DNA from: Styela clava
Taxonomy: Eukaryota
Length of the DNA: 64,000 nucleotides
NCBI RefSeq assembly: GCF_964204865.1
Contig: NC_135259.1
Location: forward strand, 11,098,001 to 11,162,000
Direction of reading: 5' to 3'
The notes under the pieces were generated by a model. The model searched no databases, was not told the DNA's origin, and saw only the letters and a list, made by a program, of their open reading frames with translations. A program made the translations under genes and the position numbers. Positions 13,931 to 26,600 of this stretch are shown piece after piece (position 1 is the stretch's first letter; each line of letters opens with the position of its first letter).

Positions 13931-16900
13931 TTCATATGTCGGATGAGACGTAAAGACGGGCCAAGGATGATAATAACAATCTTTTAGCCAAAATATATCT
14001 AATTGTGCAAGTTTTTTTATTACTATTTTTGTATTGTTTTTATTATTATTATTGTATGTTCCATTTTTTTCAAATACATGAAAAATGTATACCTATGTTT
14101 TTCTCATTGGTGTCAACTGAGCTTTAGTAAAATTGATATGTCCTACCATAAACAGCAGTGCAAATTGGCACCCCGACTTGGTGGGTATAGGTTTCCGTGT
14201 TTCGAGTCTTGTTTATCTCCCAGCAACCTTCTGATGCTCTAATTCAAAGTCACAATCACAAATCTCAAAACAAGCAGATGCTTCTTTTAATCAACATAAA
14301 AGTGGATAGATATGATTCATGTCATTACCTGAAAGCCTTGTGATGCCTAATTTATTAGCTGTTTCAGTATTTTGAAATCCAAAATTACTAAAGGGTTGCT
14401 AATAGTATCAGCATGGCCTCTTTCGAGTTATTGCTACAACAATCTAGCGAGTAATCTATCTTTTTTAAAACGAAACTGAGCGCCTGTTGAGTCCATCTTC
14501 CGTTTTTATGAAGAAAATCCGAAGAAATGTATGAAATTATTTTACGTTACGTACGTTTTCTCAAAACCCGGGGCGAAAGTTTCACTCCCGAAGTCTTCAC
14601 TGTGGCGCAATAATGAGTCACTGTAAACGAGGAAGTAAGATAATAGAGATAGAACATAATTTGTCTAGGATTGTTAAGATAATAGAGAAATATAAATGAC
14701 CAAGCGTGCGAGCTACAATTTGGTTGCTCTTCATAATTAGTCTTGAATTTTCCGTCTTCTGAATCCAATCACTTTCTGCAGTTTTCCAATATCTATATTA
14801 TTAAAACGAAATTGTTAGTATACTTAGATCTTTTGTTAAAAAATCAATTTATTGAGAACGGTTGGCCTGTTGACCAACCAGGAGTGATCCTGAGCAAAGG
14901 TGCAATGCACATTGCGTCACAGTTTTGAATGCGGTTTTGTTGACATCAGAATAAGTAAGATTGCATTACTTGTTCCCTCAAATTTAAAATAAAGCTATGT
15001 GGTAGACTGTGGTTACACGTGAATACTGCGATTACTATAACGTCTAAATATATATATATAAATAAATTAAGTATTCCATGTTATCTGAAACTGAATAAGC
15101 AGTTTCAGTATTCATTATTGATTGAAGGCCAAATTACGAATAATTTACATGATACTTTGTGGAAATAGTATCCATACCTACAAACATTCATGGAGACGTG
15201 TTAGATTAACTTGAAAAAAGAATAAGCAAACATTTATTTCAACCGGGCTCTTATTGATGACTGAAATGTCTTACCAACTCGAATCATTTCATTAAACATT
15301 GAGGTGTCATTGGAAATTCCTTTATGGAAATATATGCTGTGCCCCTTTCCCGTCCTAATCATGTGCATATTTTTCTTACTGGTTAATCCAGCCCTGATCA
15401 CTCATCTTCAGTTTTAACAAGACCCTAATTACCTGCTTGATATACCCAGACTTATAAACTTTTTATGGCTAAGCTATATAAAGTGAACTATAGGGTGTTA
15501 TCGTGTATATTTCATTTATTATTGAAAATGTGGATGTCTATGTTCTTCATGAATATCATGAAATTCATATAATACATAATAAAAGAACATTGAGTACTAA
15601 ATACTCTAATAATAAATCAGAAACAGAATAAAAAATAAATACCATCAGATATTTGGCAAGTAATCGCATATGTTGGCAAAAATCAGGAGCAACAAAGTAT
15701 AAGCAGAAACAATTTTGTGACAATTATATGTACGTTTGCTATTGTATCTGTCAGTACCTGTTGAGGATTCAATAGTCGCGAAAAGCAATCAATTATTTTG
15801 GCGCTTCAAATTAAAGTGTCAAAATTTGCATGTCCTCATATCGTTTTCAAAATAAGATAGGGTCTATATGCTGATATTCTACAGAGTAGCGTTATTTGTC
15901 AACATATGGCACCATCAGCTGAATAGATATAGTAGCCGTACAGTATATATTGAGTATACTCTCAGACGGCCCTGCTATGCAATGATTTTTTTATTATTAA
16001 ATTTGAACTTGAGTACGTACATATATTGCCCTATTTTTTCAGTGTGCTGACTATTTCAAAATAAATGACATCAAACTGTTATTTCTCCACGCATCAAGAT
16101 ACTCATAGATGCAGAAACAAGTATTATAAAAACAGATGGAAAATTGTTGGTTACAAAATCGTGATCATGTATCGCGGTCGTACAAATTTTTTTTTTTATT
16201 ATACGCTGATTTTGTGCGTTGTTGGCTCTTTTCCGTTTACTACAAGTAAAATAGGAGAAAACGAAGAAAGCGAATTGATCAAAACTAAAGATATATATTT
16301 TTTTAAACAATTTGGATACTTTTGAATACCGGCCACGGCGAAATTACAAATACAAAATGAAATTTTGACAACAGAACGAACATTTGGTTTTACAATGAAA
16401 ATACGGACGTCTGACTAGTTATGTGTTAGAGTGATTGATATCAATGTTGATAAACAATATGTCTTTGGTGTGGGTGATCACTTCATCGCCACCACTAACC
16501 TGTCTACCGACGATCTATTTTAAACTATCTCATATCTGTGCACGATGTGATCTCGAATTGACTCGTACGAAGAAGTTTTATTCAGATGAGCATTTCATAA
16601 ACTGGCGAATAAGGTGCTGTAACAACTGAAGACTTTCCTTCAGATGAACTTGGATTGGTCTAATAGACAAAAGTAATCACCATGTAATTTGATCTGGTAA
16701 GATGCATGCTTATTCACATTCAGATTTATATGTAATAATCAAGCAAAGGTTGCAGCAAATGTTTTATTTTGGAAATAATCAAGTTCTCGCCGATTTATAA
16801 TGTCATTCCTTAGCCTCCGGATAAATAATAAAATCTGTAGGTATTATAAGAAGTTGGATGACTTCGTGTTTTATTTGCATCGAGGCCGAGGTACGAAATT

Positions 16901-18186
16901 TTTGAGTAATTGAAAATTTCATTTTGTTGCCACGGACTCAAATACTTCCCAAACGTTCGGATAGCATTCGTATCACACGAAATGTAAAAAAAAGACAACG
17001 CATTGAACCCTTGAATAAATTTTCATAATGTTTGAACATGTATCATTTGATTGAAATAGTAATTTCAAACGGAAAAACTACTGTTTGGAATTGAAACGAA
17101 GTGCAGGAGGACGGGGAGAGATGAAGATATTCGGATTTGGTAAATATTGAATTATCAAGCACAAACCTGTTGGTGTAATTAGAAATGCGACCATTCCGTC
17201 AAGTTATAAAATCAACGTCTCGTCTTCATCATTGTAGTGATTACTTTTGAAAATATTTTCATCGTAAAGAGAATTTCAAAATTGTTTTAAAGTTGCTTCA
17301 TTTCGTCTCATATTCCTAAACTCTAATTAAAAAAAAGATTATCGTTTTTTTGTATCAATAATTATATTGTTGTTATAGATGCATTAAAAGTTTGTAACAT
17401 ACATATTTCGTAACAAAAAAAAAAATTCGTAACTCATTCGTAGTATACATTATTATACCATGTTCCTATTTTAGGTTTTATGTATAATTTGCAAAACCAT
17501 ACAATTTTTCCAGTTATACAGACGGACTATTTTTTCAAACCATTCGTAAATAACAAATTTATCACTTGCATTGTCGTCTTCCGCTATTTTTCCAGTAAAT
17601 TGACTGATATTTGTCAAGATATCTAAAAATGTGGTGAATCAAGGTAAAAATGCCGCATAAATTCTCGACCCTCCGTTGGTATAATTTTTGATTTATATAT
17701 ATTTGTTAGTTTTTATCATCATAGGTTTCGTTAAAATATTTTTCAATTTAATACAATCTTAGATAAATACCTAACTTTCAAAATTGAAGCCGTCCTAATT
17801 TTCATTTCGGATGAGACCGCTTTAAACAATGCCCTCCAAATTTGACGTGCAAACGTAGTAAAGCCTATGTTATAACCACACGCATAAATATCATAACACT
17901 TACTTTTTTTTTCGGAGGTAGAGTCTCCATTCCATTGGTTAAAAGAAATTCGCTTAATAATGTAATAACGGTCTTTTGTGTCATCTTGTATTACACTTCC
18001 TATTTTTGAGGTTTGCTCATTATCAAAGTCATTGCTGTTACAGCCAGGCTTGAAAATTTGTTTGCATGAAGAGGTGCCTGAGATGTTGCACCATTACCCT
18101 ATCACTGTTTGGTTGTTTATATGGAAATGAACAAGGATGTTGTCACTCATTGAATCTTCGGTACAATACAATACTTAAGTACAACA

Positions 18187-18570
18187 ATGACAACGTTTCA
18201 GAGGCCAAGGTGCGTCCAGGGATTCTTCTTGAATGTAAGACAACAATGGTCATGTTTTTCAGAAAACAATGATAAGGGGCCTAATCGAAGTTTCAGGATG
18301 TCTGCAGAGACCTATTTCATAGCAGCAGCACATCTTCTCGTCACCACGATTTCAAACAATCGCGATAGTACCGGTCGTATAGAATTTTGTCGAAAACTTC
18401 AGGTATGTGTGAAAAGAGGTCGCGATGTTGAATCTTTTATCACTCTTAGCGAAGTGATAAAGATAAATAGTGACTTCATGCGACACATGCAATGTTATTC
18501 TACTGGGCGAGCTTTAGTAAATTCTGTCGCAGAGTTAACGTCCGTAATGTACGATAAACACAAAGTCTAG
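18187..18570 (+). CDS. Orphan ORF of unknown status (127 codons; 90 aa from ATG 18298)
   Basis: Long open frame for this base composition; ATG 18298 sits 1 nt after a tttcag acceptor-like site. No family recognised. Confidence 0.22.
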   Translation: MTTFQRPRCVQGFFLNVRQQWSCFSENNDKGPNRSFRMSAETYFIAAAHLLVTTISNNRDSTGRIEFCRKLQVCVKRGRDVESFITLSEVIKINSDFMRHMQCYSTGRALVNSVAELTSVMYDKHKV

Positions 18571-18862
18571 TCATCAGCAATTGTATAGTCGGCCTGTATT
18601 TCTCTGAAGAAATCAGTTAAATATTAAGAAACCAGGTTAATGTTAAAACATTGTCATGACCCTTACTTTTTATTTGAACGAGAAATTTGCTGCAAACCAG
18701 ACATTTATATGATCAAAATTGGCATGGAGCAAATGTCAACTGAATTCTGCATTCTATAATTTATGTTTTGTAATCACGTGTCAGTGACTGATTGTGATGG
18801 TGCATGGTTAACCTGAAATAACCGTAATGATTTTTCTTTATTTTCTCATCAAAATGTTGATA

Positions 18863-19311
18863 ATTATTACTTATCAATCTTGATCAATAAGTATGTTGAT
18901 AGGTATTTGTCTGTTCGTTACTTATCGATTTTAACCGGTAAGTATGTTGATAGGTATTTGTCTGTCTGTCTGTTTGTTAGATGCACGCGATATCTTACGA
19001 AAGCGAGATTGGATCTGCTGCAGATTCATTCATCATATCTCGTACCAGAAGCCTATTGATTTTGGGCGAATTATGTCGTATAATTAGCGAGCTATCAATT
19101 AATTAGTGATTGTACACAAGATGTCACTACGGAGTAAGAGCGATGTTTAGGAGGATCCCCTAACTTTCGATCGATAAGTCTTCAGTCTCTGACCGATATT
19201 CTCGTCTGTTTGTTTGTCTGTTAGATACACGCGATATCTCACGAAATCAAGGTTGAATCTGCTCCAAATTTTGCATGTGCTCTCATCATATCTCGGACCA
19301 AAAGCCTATTG
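18863..19311 (+). mobile_element. Head-to-tail array (partial + full + partial) of a Helentron/DINE-1-like non-autonomous element
   Basis: Units start tacttatcgat...taagtatgttgataggtatttgtctg, contain (TCTG)n and a 3' atcgataagt subterminal inverted repeat. Same family as 19698-19978 and 56646-56702. Confidence 0.7.
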
Positions 19312-19697
19312 GCTAAAGCACTTTTTTTATTGCTAATATTTCTAAACGTGTATTGTAGAGAAAATGCTGTATTTTTTACCCGATGTCTTATATCTCTGAA
19401 AATAGATCTTTCATGTTTGATCAGTCTCTATCTTTGGGCACTTTTCGACTATCTGTCTTTTTTCCTATTTCCACAAATTTTCTAAATAAGGAATACTCAT
19501 TTGGTACTGAAAATGAATGATGTTAGAGTTATCGAACACAACAGGCTGGTCTTATCCACTGTGAGGCCCTATGGGTACAGGTAAATTATTATGAGAACAA
19601 TGACGAAGTGCTATGGCCGCATAGTTGGTAGTTACCTAAGACCGTTACCCTGTGACACTACGTATAGACCTATGGATCGTTAGGCAAACTCTAGTTT

Positions 19698-19978
19698 ATT
19701 ACTTATCGATCTTTAGATCGGTAAGTATGTTGATAGGTATTTGTCTGTCTGTCTGTTAGATGCACACGATATCTCACGAAGGCGGGGTTTAATCTGCTCA
19801 AATTTTGCATGTGCATTCGTCATATCTCGGACCAGAATATTGATTTTGGATGAATTATGTCGTATAATTAACGAGTTATTAATTAATAGTGATGGGACAC
19901 GTGGTGTCACTATAGAGTCATGAATCGAAACCGGAGTTTCGATCGATAAGTCTTCGGTCCCCGACCGATATTCTCGTT
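19698..19978 (+). mobile_element. Helentron/DINE-1-like (HINE) element, full copy
   Basis: 5' subTIR acttatcgatc (19701) with adjacent near-palindrome, (TCTG)n microsatellite, 3' subTIR gatcgataagt (19941-19951), 3' hairpin TCGGTC-ccc-GACCGA (19954-19968), T-rich flanks, no TSD seen. Confidence 0.75.
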
Positions 19979-22579
19979 TCGTTGTTGTTGAGATAATTGT
20001 TGCTTTTCTACGCATTCAACGCTCTTTCAGTTCATAAAATAAAATCGACCTTTCTATGCTTCACAAATTGATCAGATGCTCCGATACCAAGCACACGACT
20101 TCACGTGCATGACTGTATATGCAAGTCTTCGAATGGGTGTTTATGTATTTTTTTGGCTTTATGCCTACATTACGTCGTCATCATCGTATACCGTTATCAT
20201 AACACGTTGACGTTTAGGAATGATTTGAAATTTTCAATTTCCAGCACAATCTGCATTTCTAACACAAACTCTAACTGGATAATACTTACTAATTTATTTA
20301 TTTTGAGCGTTGGTGGGGGCTTTGTACAGAAGATCACAGATTCTATCACAAGAGTGTACTTTGCACGAAGCACTTCGTATCATATGAGCTATTAAGATTT
20401 TGGTCCACTCATTCTAGTATATGAAACACCGAAGTCAACAGACGTGACTTTAGATACCATTTTAAATACTTCGGCACGTTCATATTTGATAATGATAGAT
20501 CAGTTATATGACCACCAGCTGTAGTTCAGTTTAGTGATTTTTACAAGTGTGGTATGGTCCACGTGGTATATATTTGTTAGCACGAAACCCAAACTCATTT
20601 ACTGGGTGACAGTAAACCCTTTGTAGATCATACCTCTACATTTACAAATAAAAACAAAATTTGTCATGATAAGAATTTTCTTGGCAAAAGCAAAGTGAGA
20701 AGGCGAACAGTTGTACTGTTAGTCGCTGTAAAAATAACATGGAACAAAATTGCTTTTATGAATTAGTCTTTGCATCAATCTGAGAAGAGTGATTGCATCA
20801 TGACACATTGACGTGGGTCAAAAATCGTCGACAAAAACTCATCAATAGAAATTATGTATACGATATATAAAATGCACTGAAAACACACGAAGCACCAGAT
20901 GAGTAAACGATACGATTCAATAAATCTTGACCATTCGATAGAACTTGCGTTTTATAGTGTTAAAATGTTATTAAAAATTACGTTTTGTATAGACTACATA
21001 ATTCACGACAGAAATATTACGAGAAAATCACAAAAATCTGAACGCTAGTAGGCTATATTCTCTGCAACTCATATTTGTAAACATGGTAATGTTATGAGAA
21101 CATTCGAAATGTTTGCAAAACATATAACGTTTTCGTCTTACCTCTTGTTCATGTATTTTTATAAATATATATATATATATAAATATTAGTTTTTCCGAGA
21201 GTTCATTTTTGTGATTTGTATATATTTAGAGTGGCCAATGTTTACATTAGTAGTCATGGAAATTGGAATCGTTCTCAAATTTATATCGTTTTTTTTTCAT
21301 ATTATGTGGGCAAGCTGAAAATAAAGTTAAAAGACAGCTAAAATAGCATCATATAAAGCGTTCAAGTAGTGTTCATATTAGCGAGATGCATTCATTGAAT
21401 GATATCAACGAATAACGCACATATTGCAAATGTGAACAAGAATAACTCTAGCTTCCATAAACAAAAGTTATGAAAAGCTGATATGTAGAATATAAAATAC
21501 TCGACAGGACCAACTATTATCTTACAGATACTTATACATTAAAAAGGTAAAATGCTTATAATTGCCCTATTGCCATCATACTGAAAAGTCTAACATGAAA
21601 TGATTACAAACGTAATGCTGATTAATCGTAAATGGGTCGTAGAACATGAATAACTAATTTTAACAGTTCCCCAAAATATTCAAAATAAGTAAGTAACATG
21701 TATAAAAATATGGACAAAAATGTTTGATTTTAAAACGGAATATCTTTTTCGTCACCGTTATACAGTTTTTCAACAACAGTCCGTAAGAAATGAACTTTGT
21801 GGTTGTAAAAAAAAAAAAAAACTTATCCTCGATTTATGATGGACAGCAATGTGATTAGTTTATCAAATCATCATTCGGCAAACTCTTCAAAAAAGAAGTT
21901 AAGTATTTTCCGAAATTCAGTTTGTATCGGTAACTGTTCAACATGTGAGATTTAAGATGACTTAGTCGGAAAATTGTTCTGAATATATAGCATTTAATCG
22001 GGCAAATAAATAAGCATAATTCGAGGCTAAGTTTAAGTTCCTCAACTCCCTACGACGGATGTAATGAACGCCGTACTATACAGAACAGGCAATATATTAT
22101 AGTCAATTACGATGTTATGCTTGTAGTATATTAAAAAAAAGTTGCAAAATATAGGTAATAAACGAGAATACTTTATTATTCGTTACAAATTGAACAATTA
22201 TGTCATTCATAAATATCGATTTCAATTCTGTACAGAATACTTGGTTTTGAGTAAATAACTGATAAGCATAAACGGTTCTGATCTAATCTTGCGTTGTGAC
22301 AAGATTCAAAAGTGACCGTTAGTTGGGGTAATAGAGCATATTGTTTGAATTCCTTATGACAAAAACATCCATATCGATATTGAGTCATAAGTTCACTAAG
22401 TATTGAGATGGGTCGTTTGGAATATCAAATATCTAGTCATTTTATCCGATGAAATCACATTAAGATTCTGCGTGAATAGCATCCAAATCTCGAGCATATG
22501 CTTTTACTTCATTTTTGTAACTTTACTGCTTCCACAACTATTAACAGTAGGTAGATTTATTATCCAAGTTCAAGTTGTT

Positions 22580-22850
22580 CGTGGAAGCGAAAGCGAACCA
22601 ATTGGCAAAGTTAGTTAGATTCCCGGATGTGCTGCGCATCGCGCATTAACGGAATTTCAACTTCTATTCTGGTACAGGTTGCGACCCGCAACAAAAAACA
22701 AGCGGACACACCGCACATACAAACATAGCTCACGTATACGGCGTCTAGACGGAGCGACGCTGACGTCACGGACCAATGGTTGTTCGTTTGTTCCGGCGGG
22801 GATCGCTCTTGCCTAAAATATAATTTTCCGATCAAACTTGCCAACGCAAT
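22580..22850. promoter_or_regulatory. CpG-rich promoter/enhancer-like island downstream of the CBF-beta stop
   Basis: Local GC/CpG enrichment with perfect CRE TGACGTCA (22761-22768), CCAAT (22773) and GGCGGG (22795) within 40 nt. Confidence 0.35.
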
Positions 22851-23682
22851 ATAGCCTGTTTACTAAGCATAACACATCGTTATTTCACGCTCGATTCTGT
22901 GTAATTGATTAAAAACACAGGCGCCCTCAACTAAAGTTTTGGTTTTTACAAAAGCGCGAGCGTACTTCGAATTTTTTAAACAGGGCTTGTAGAATGGGTC
23001 TATGTCAAGTTAGGAATACGATGAGCGTAATGAAGTACCGTCGAATATGGCGACTTGGTTTTTGTTCTTATTGATTTACATTCGACACACGCGACTTTGT
23101 TCGTCGATTATAAAGCAGTAACTTTTTGAAACTCACTTTGCCACACGTGATTGCCACGTGGGATCTTTCAACCACACAAATGACTTATCTTGAAATACCT
23201 TGAACCCTCCAGATAAAGCCAAATTATTTTTTGTAAACCTTGTACATGCTCACGGTATATAGTTTAATTAAATTGCGATGAATTTTTGAGTTGTTCGAGG
23301 TCTGCTATCAAAAGTGTCCCTTCTTGATATAGGATACGTTGTTTTTGTGTGGTGTGCGATTTATAATTTACGAAATCAATGCCACCTTGTCACGAGTCGT
23401 AGTTCTAGATATAGTCGTAGTCCCGATATACCTATCATGCCCTTGTATCTGAATTTAGTCATTGTAAATGTCGGTAAGCAGAGTAAATGATAAATATTGA
23501 GTTACGTTATCGTGCCTTGGAAACTTTATCGAATAAAGATCCTCGTATACCTAAATTGACAAACGGTTTGATGATACGCATTATCCTATTTAAAAACAAA
23601 AACATATATAAAGAAAAGAAATAAGAAGCATAAAACAGGTTTTGTTTTTGGTCATCCTGCTAATGACATTGTCCGATTCCTG

Positions 23683-26600
23683 CTAGTGGAGACGTGGACG
23701 TTTTTCAAGCTGTCCTCCTCCGCTTCCACCCGACGAGGGATGCTTGTGATTCTGAAATTAATATATCAATGAAGTGAATATATGATTTATTACTAGCATT
23801 AAGGTATTTTGGAGATCACACATAACATCACATATATATATCATGCGGCATCTTTTTTTCTCAAAAATATACACTATACAAAGTCCTCTACGCTCGCTTA
23901 AGGATCAAGTGCGGTATCTACAGAAAAGCAGGTTCCCGAGATCGACGAAGCATTACGGGCGGGACGTACAAAAGTTGGATCTTATGTAATGCTCATTTCG
24001 AAATAATATTGAAAAAAATGGGGAAAAACTCACTTGGTTTTTATGACTTTGTGAAATCTTATGTAACTGAGAAGCGGAATTTTGTGACGAGTTTGCCATA
24101 TGAGACGCTTCAACCTAAGAAAAGATGGTTAAGCTTTTTTTGAATATGGATAGTTTCGAAGAAGGTTTTGTTTCATACGTAATTAGGTACCAGCATATTG
24201 AAGCTGTTGAAAATCATTAGTTTTTCAGAGAAAATTGGAAAATTCTTTTAGTTCTTGTAGTTTTGGATTAGAGTTGTACTCATTGGTGTATAATGAAACA
24301 GAATATATGTCATCATGCGTAAAATACGAACATCCTTCCATTGACAATATCATTTACCATTGCACGTTCTTCGTCATATTCGATACAGCCCATCCCTTCC
24401 AGCCTATGCAAATGTAACCATCCTTTCCACAGTACGCACACGCCATTCAAAATAAACGGTGCTTTTAGAAATACCTGAAAATTACACATATGTCACTTAA
24501 TATGAAGGAACTGATACAATAAAAAGAGTGGTATTGAATTGTGCGACTGAGCAACAGATTGGAAATTTAGCCTAGACATGGACATTTTTATATACAGTTA
24601 TTACGCGCCTCCACGTGGTATAACTTTTTCAATCGTTCAACGACATAAACGATTAATACTATATAGTTGGTTGTATTAATAAACTAAGGCAACGGATTAA
24701 AAATTTCTGATTCTATGGGCGTTCAGTCCATGAAAGAGCGCGCTTGCAATAGGTGCTATATTCGTATTTATTACATAGATTCCGCGCAAAAATCCTATCG
24801 AATAACAAATGTAAATCATTATCATGTACGCAATCAAAATAGGCACGAATCATATGGTTGAGAAAACAATGATATGGGTGAATGAACCTTCCCATTACTC
24901 TCCACCAATGGTAATCGTATTATAGGAAACCTGCATGAAGATGTGTCTTTTTCGCCAAAAGTTAGGAAAAATGAGATGATGCTGGGCCAAATTAAGTTCG
25001 AACAGTAAATTTCAATTGTGGATACTAGCAATCTGGTACAGTTACGAAACATTGCCGTCATCTTTTATTATTTTATTTCATTATAGTCAACTCAGAATCA
25101 AATTACCTCAAATTTTATAACAAGCCGTAAAAGGCAAACCGTGTTTTTGTTTTTCCACTTCTTAATCGTTATCCGATTAAAAATAGAATAATACCATAAC
25201 AAAAACTTAGATTGTTTTTTTCACAATATTTCCTACGGTATTCAATCTATGCAAACAAACATATAAACGTCATTGTCTGGCACCGAGTGATATTTTGATT
25301 AAACTACGTGTCTGTTTATGCATTGTCTATTTTCTTATAATTTTTTGAAAATATAATTAGCACATTCATAATTACATCTATTACATGATTGGCTTAAATC
25401 CTTGCAAGTATGATATTTTAAAATCCGTTTTATTTCCACCTTGTTAAAATGCGCTTGATCACACGACTGGTGGTATCATATACTGCATTCTACGTTCATA
25501 AACATGCGTCCAGTTCACGGTTATGGAATATATTTGAAAAGGTGTAAAACTGGAACGAAGTATTTTATTTGTAGACAAAACAAATCGTGCGGCAAATCAA
25601 AACAACAAATTCTCTCCCAAGATTTATGTTTTCCCGCCCAGTGCACAGTTCAAATTACGACGTCCGTCAGCTTTTAAAATTCCTATGTTTAAACGGGTTC
25701 TTGACTATAACTGAAATAATGTTGACGATACCATTAATGTTAATTGATTGGAACAAAGTTGTTCTTTACATTATGAGATAACAATGAAACACTTAATCGA
25801 GAATAGATTTACATTACGTGGCTCACGTCTGATTGTTCTGTATGTTAAGTCTCCATCAAACATGTAGAGACTAATACGGAAGTCATAGAAACATATAACG
25901 ACGCAGTAACGATTTCAACTACTTCCACAATAATCACTTTCCTATGACGCGTTAATTGAACCCATAACGATCCAGTAATGACATCATCAAGTTCAAGGTC
26001 CAGAGTTTTATATCAGATATTCGTGTGACGTCAATTCAAACAGGCCAGCACAAATATACTTACACTGAAAATTGTGTGCATTGTACAAGTTGCACATTAT
26101 TTGAGCTCACGTAGATCCAGGCGATAAGTCTACCAACCAAGCTATATTTATTGTTATTTCAGTTACTGTGATGTAATAAAGTGATTCAATGTATAAACGA
26201 ATCGAGTAGCAAACGCCCATAAAACATTACAAGCGTGTGCGCAGGTATACATAAAAGATTTGGGTAGAAGACAGAATTGCTGATGACATTCCTTTAAGCT
26301 GAATTATTTAAAGTGAAACATAACTAGACATCATTAAAATATATTGCAACTACCAACATTACTGAAGCGTAAAAAACATTTTTGACCAAGATAACTTTGG
26401 GAAAAACGTAAATAAGTACAAACAAACGAGTTTATCAATTTAAGGTTACAAATTATATCTATTCAACACACATATAGAATTGAAACAAAAAAATAAAACT
26501 ATAATAGTTTCTACATAACTTGACGATTCAGTCACGAGACACGTACGTTAGTAAAATGATATTTTAAATTCCATATATTCGTTACCTTTCCTGGTTCTCG

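Noticed and set aside
19713-20015. ORFs 19713-20015 (-) and 19741-19923 (+)
   Set aside because: They lie within the non-coding Helentron/DINE-like repeat.
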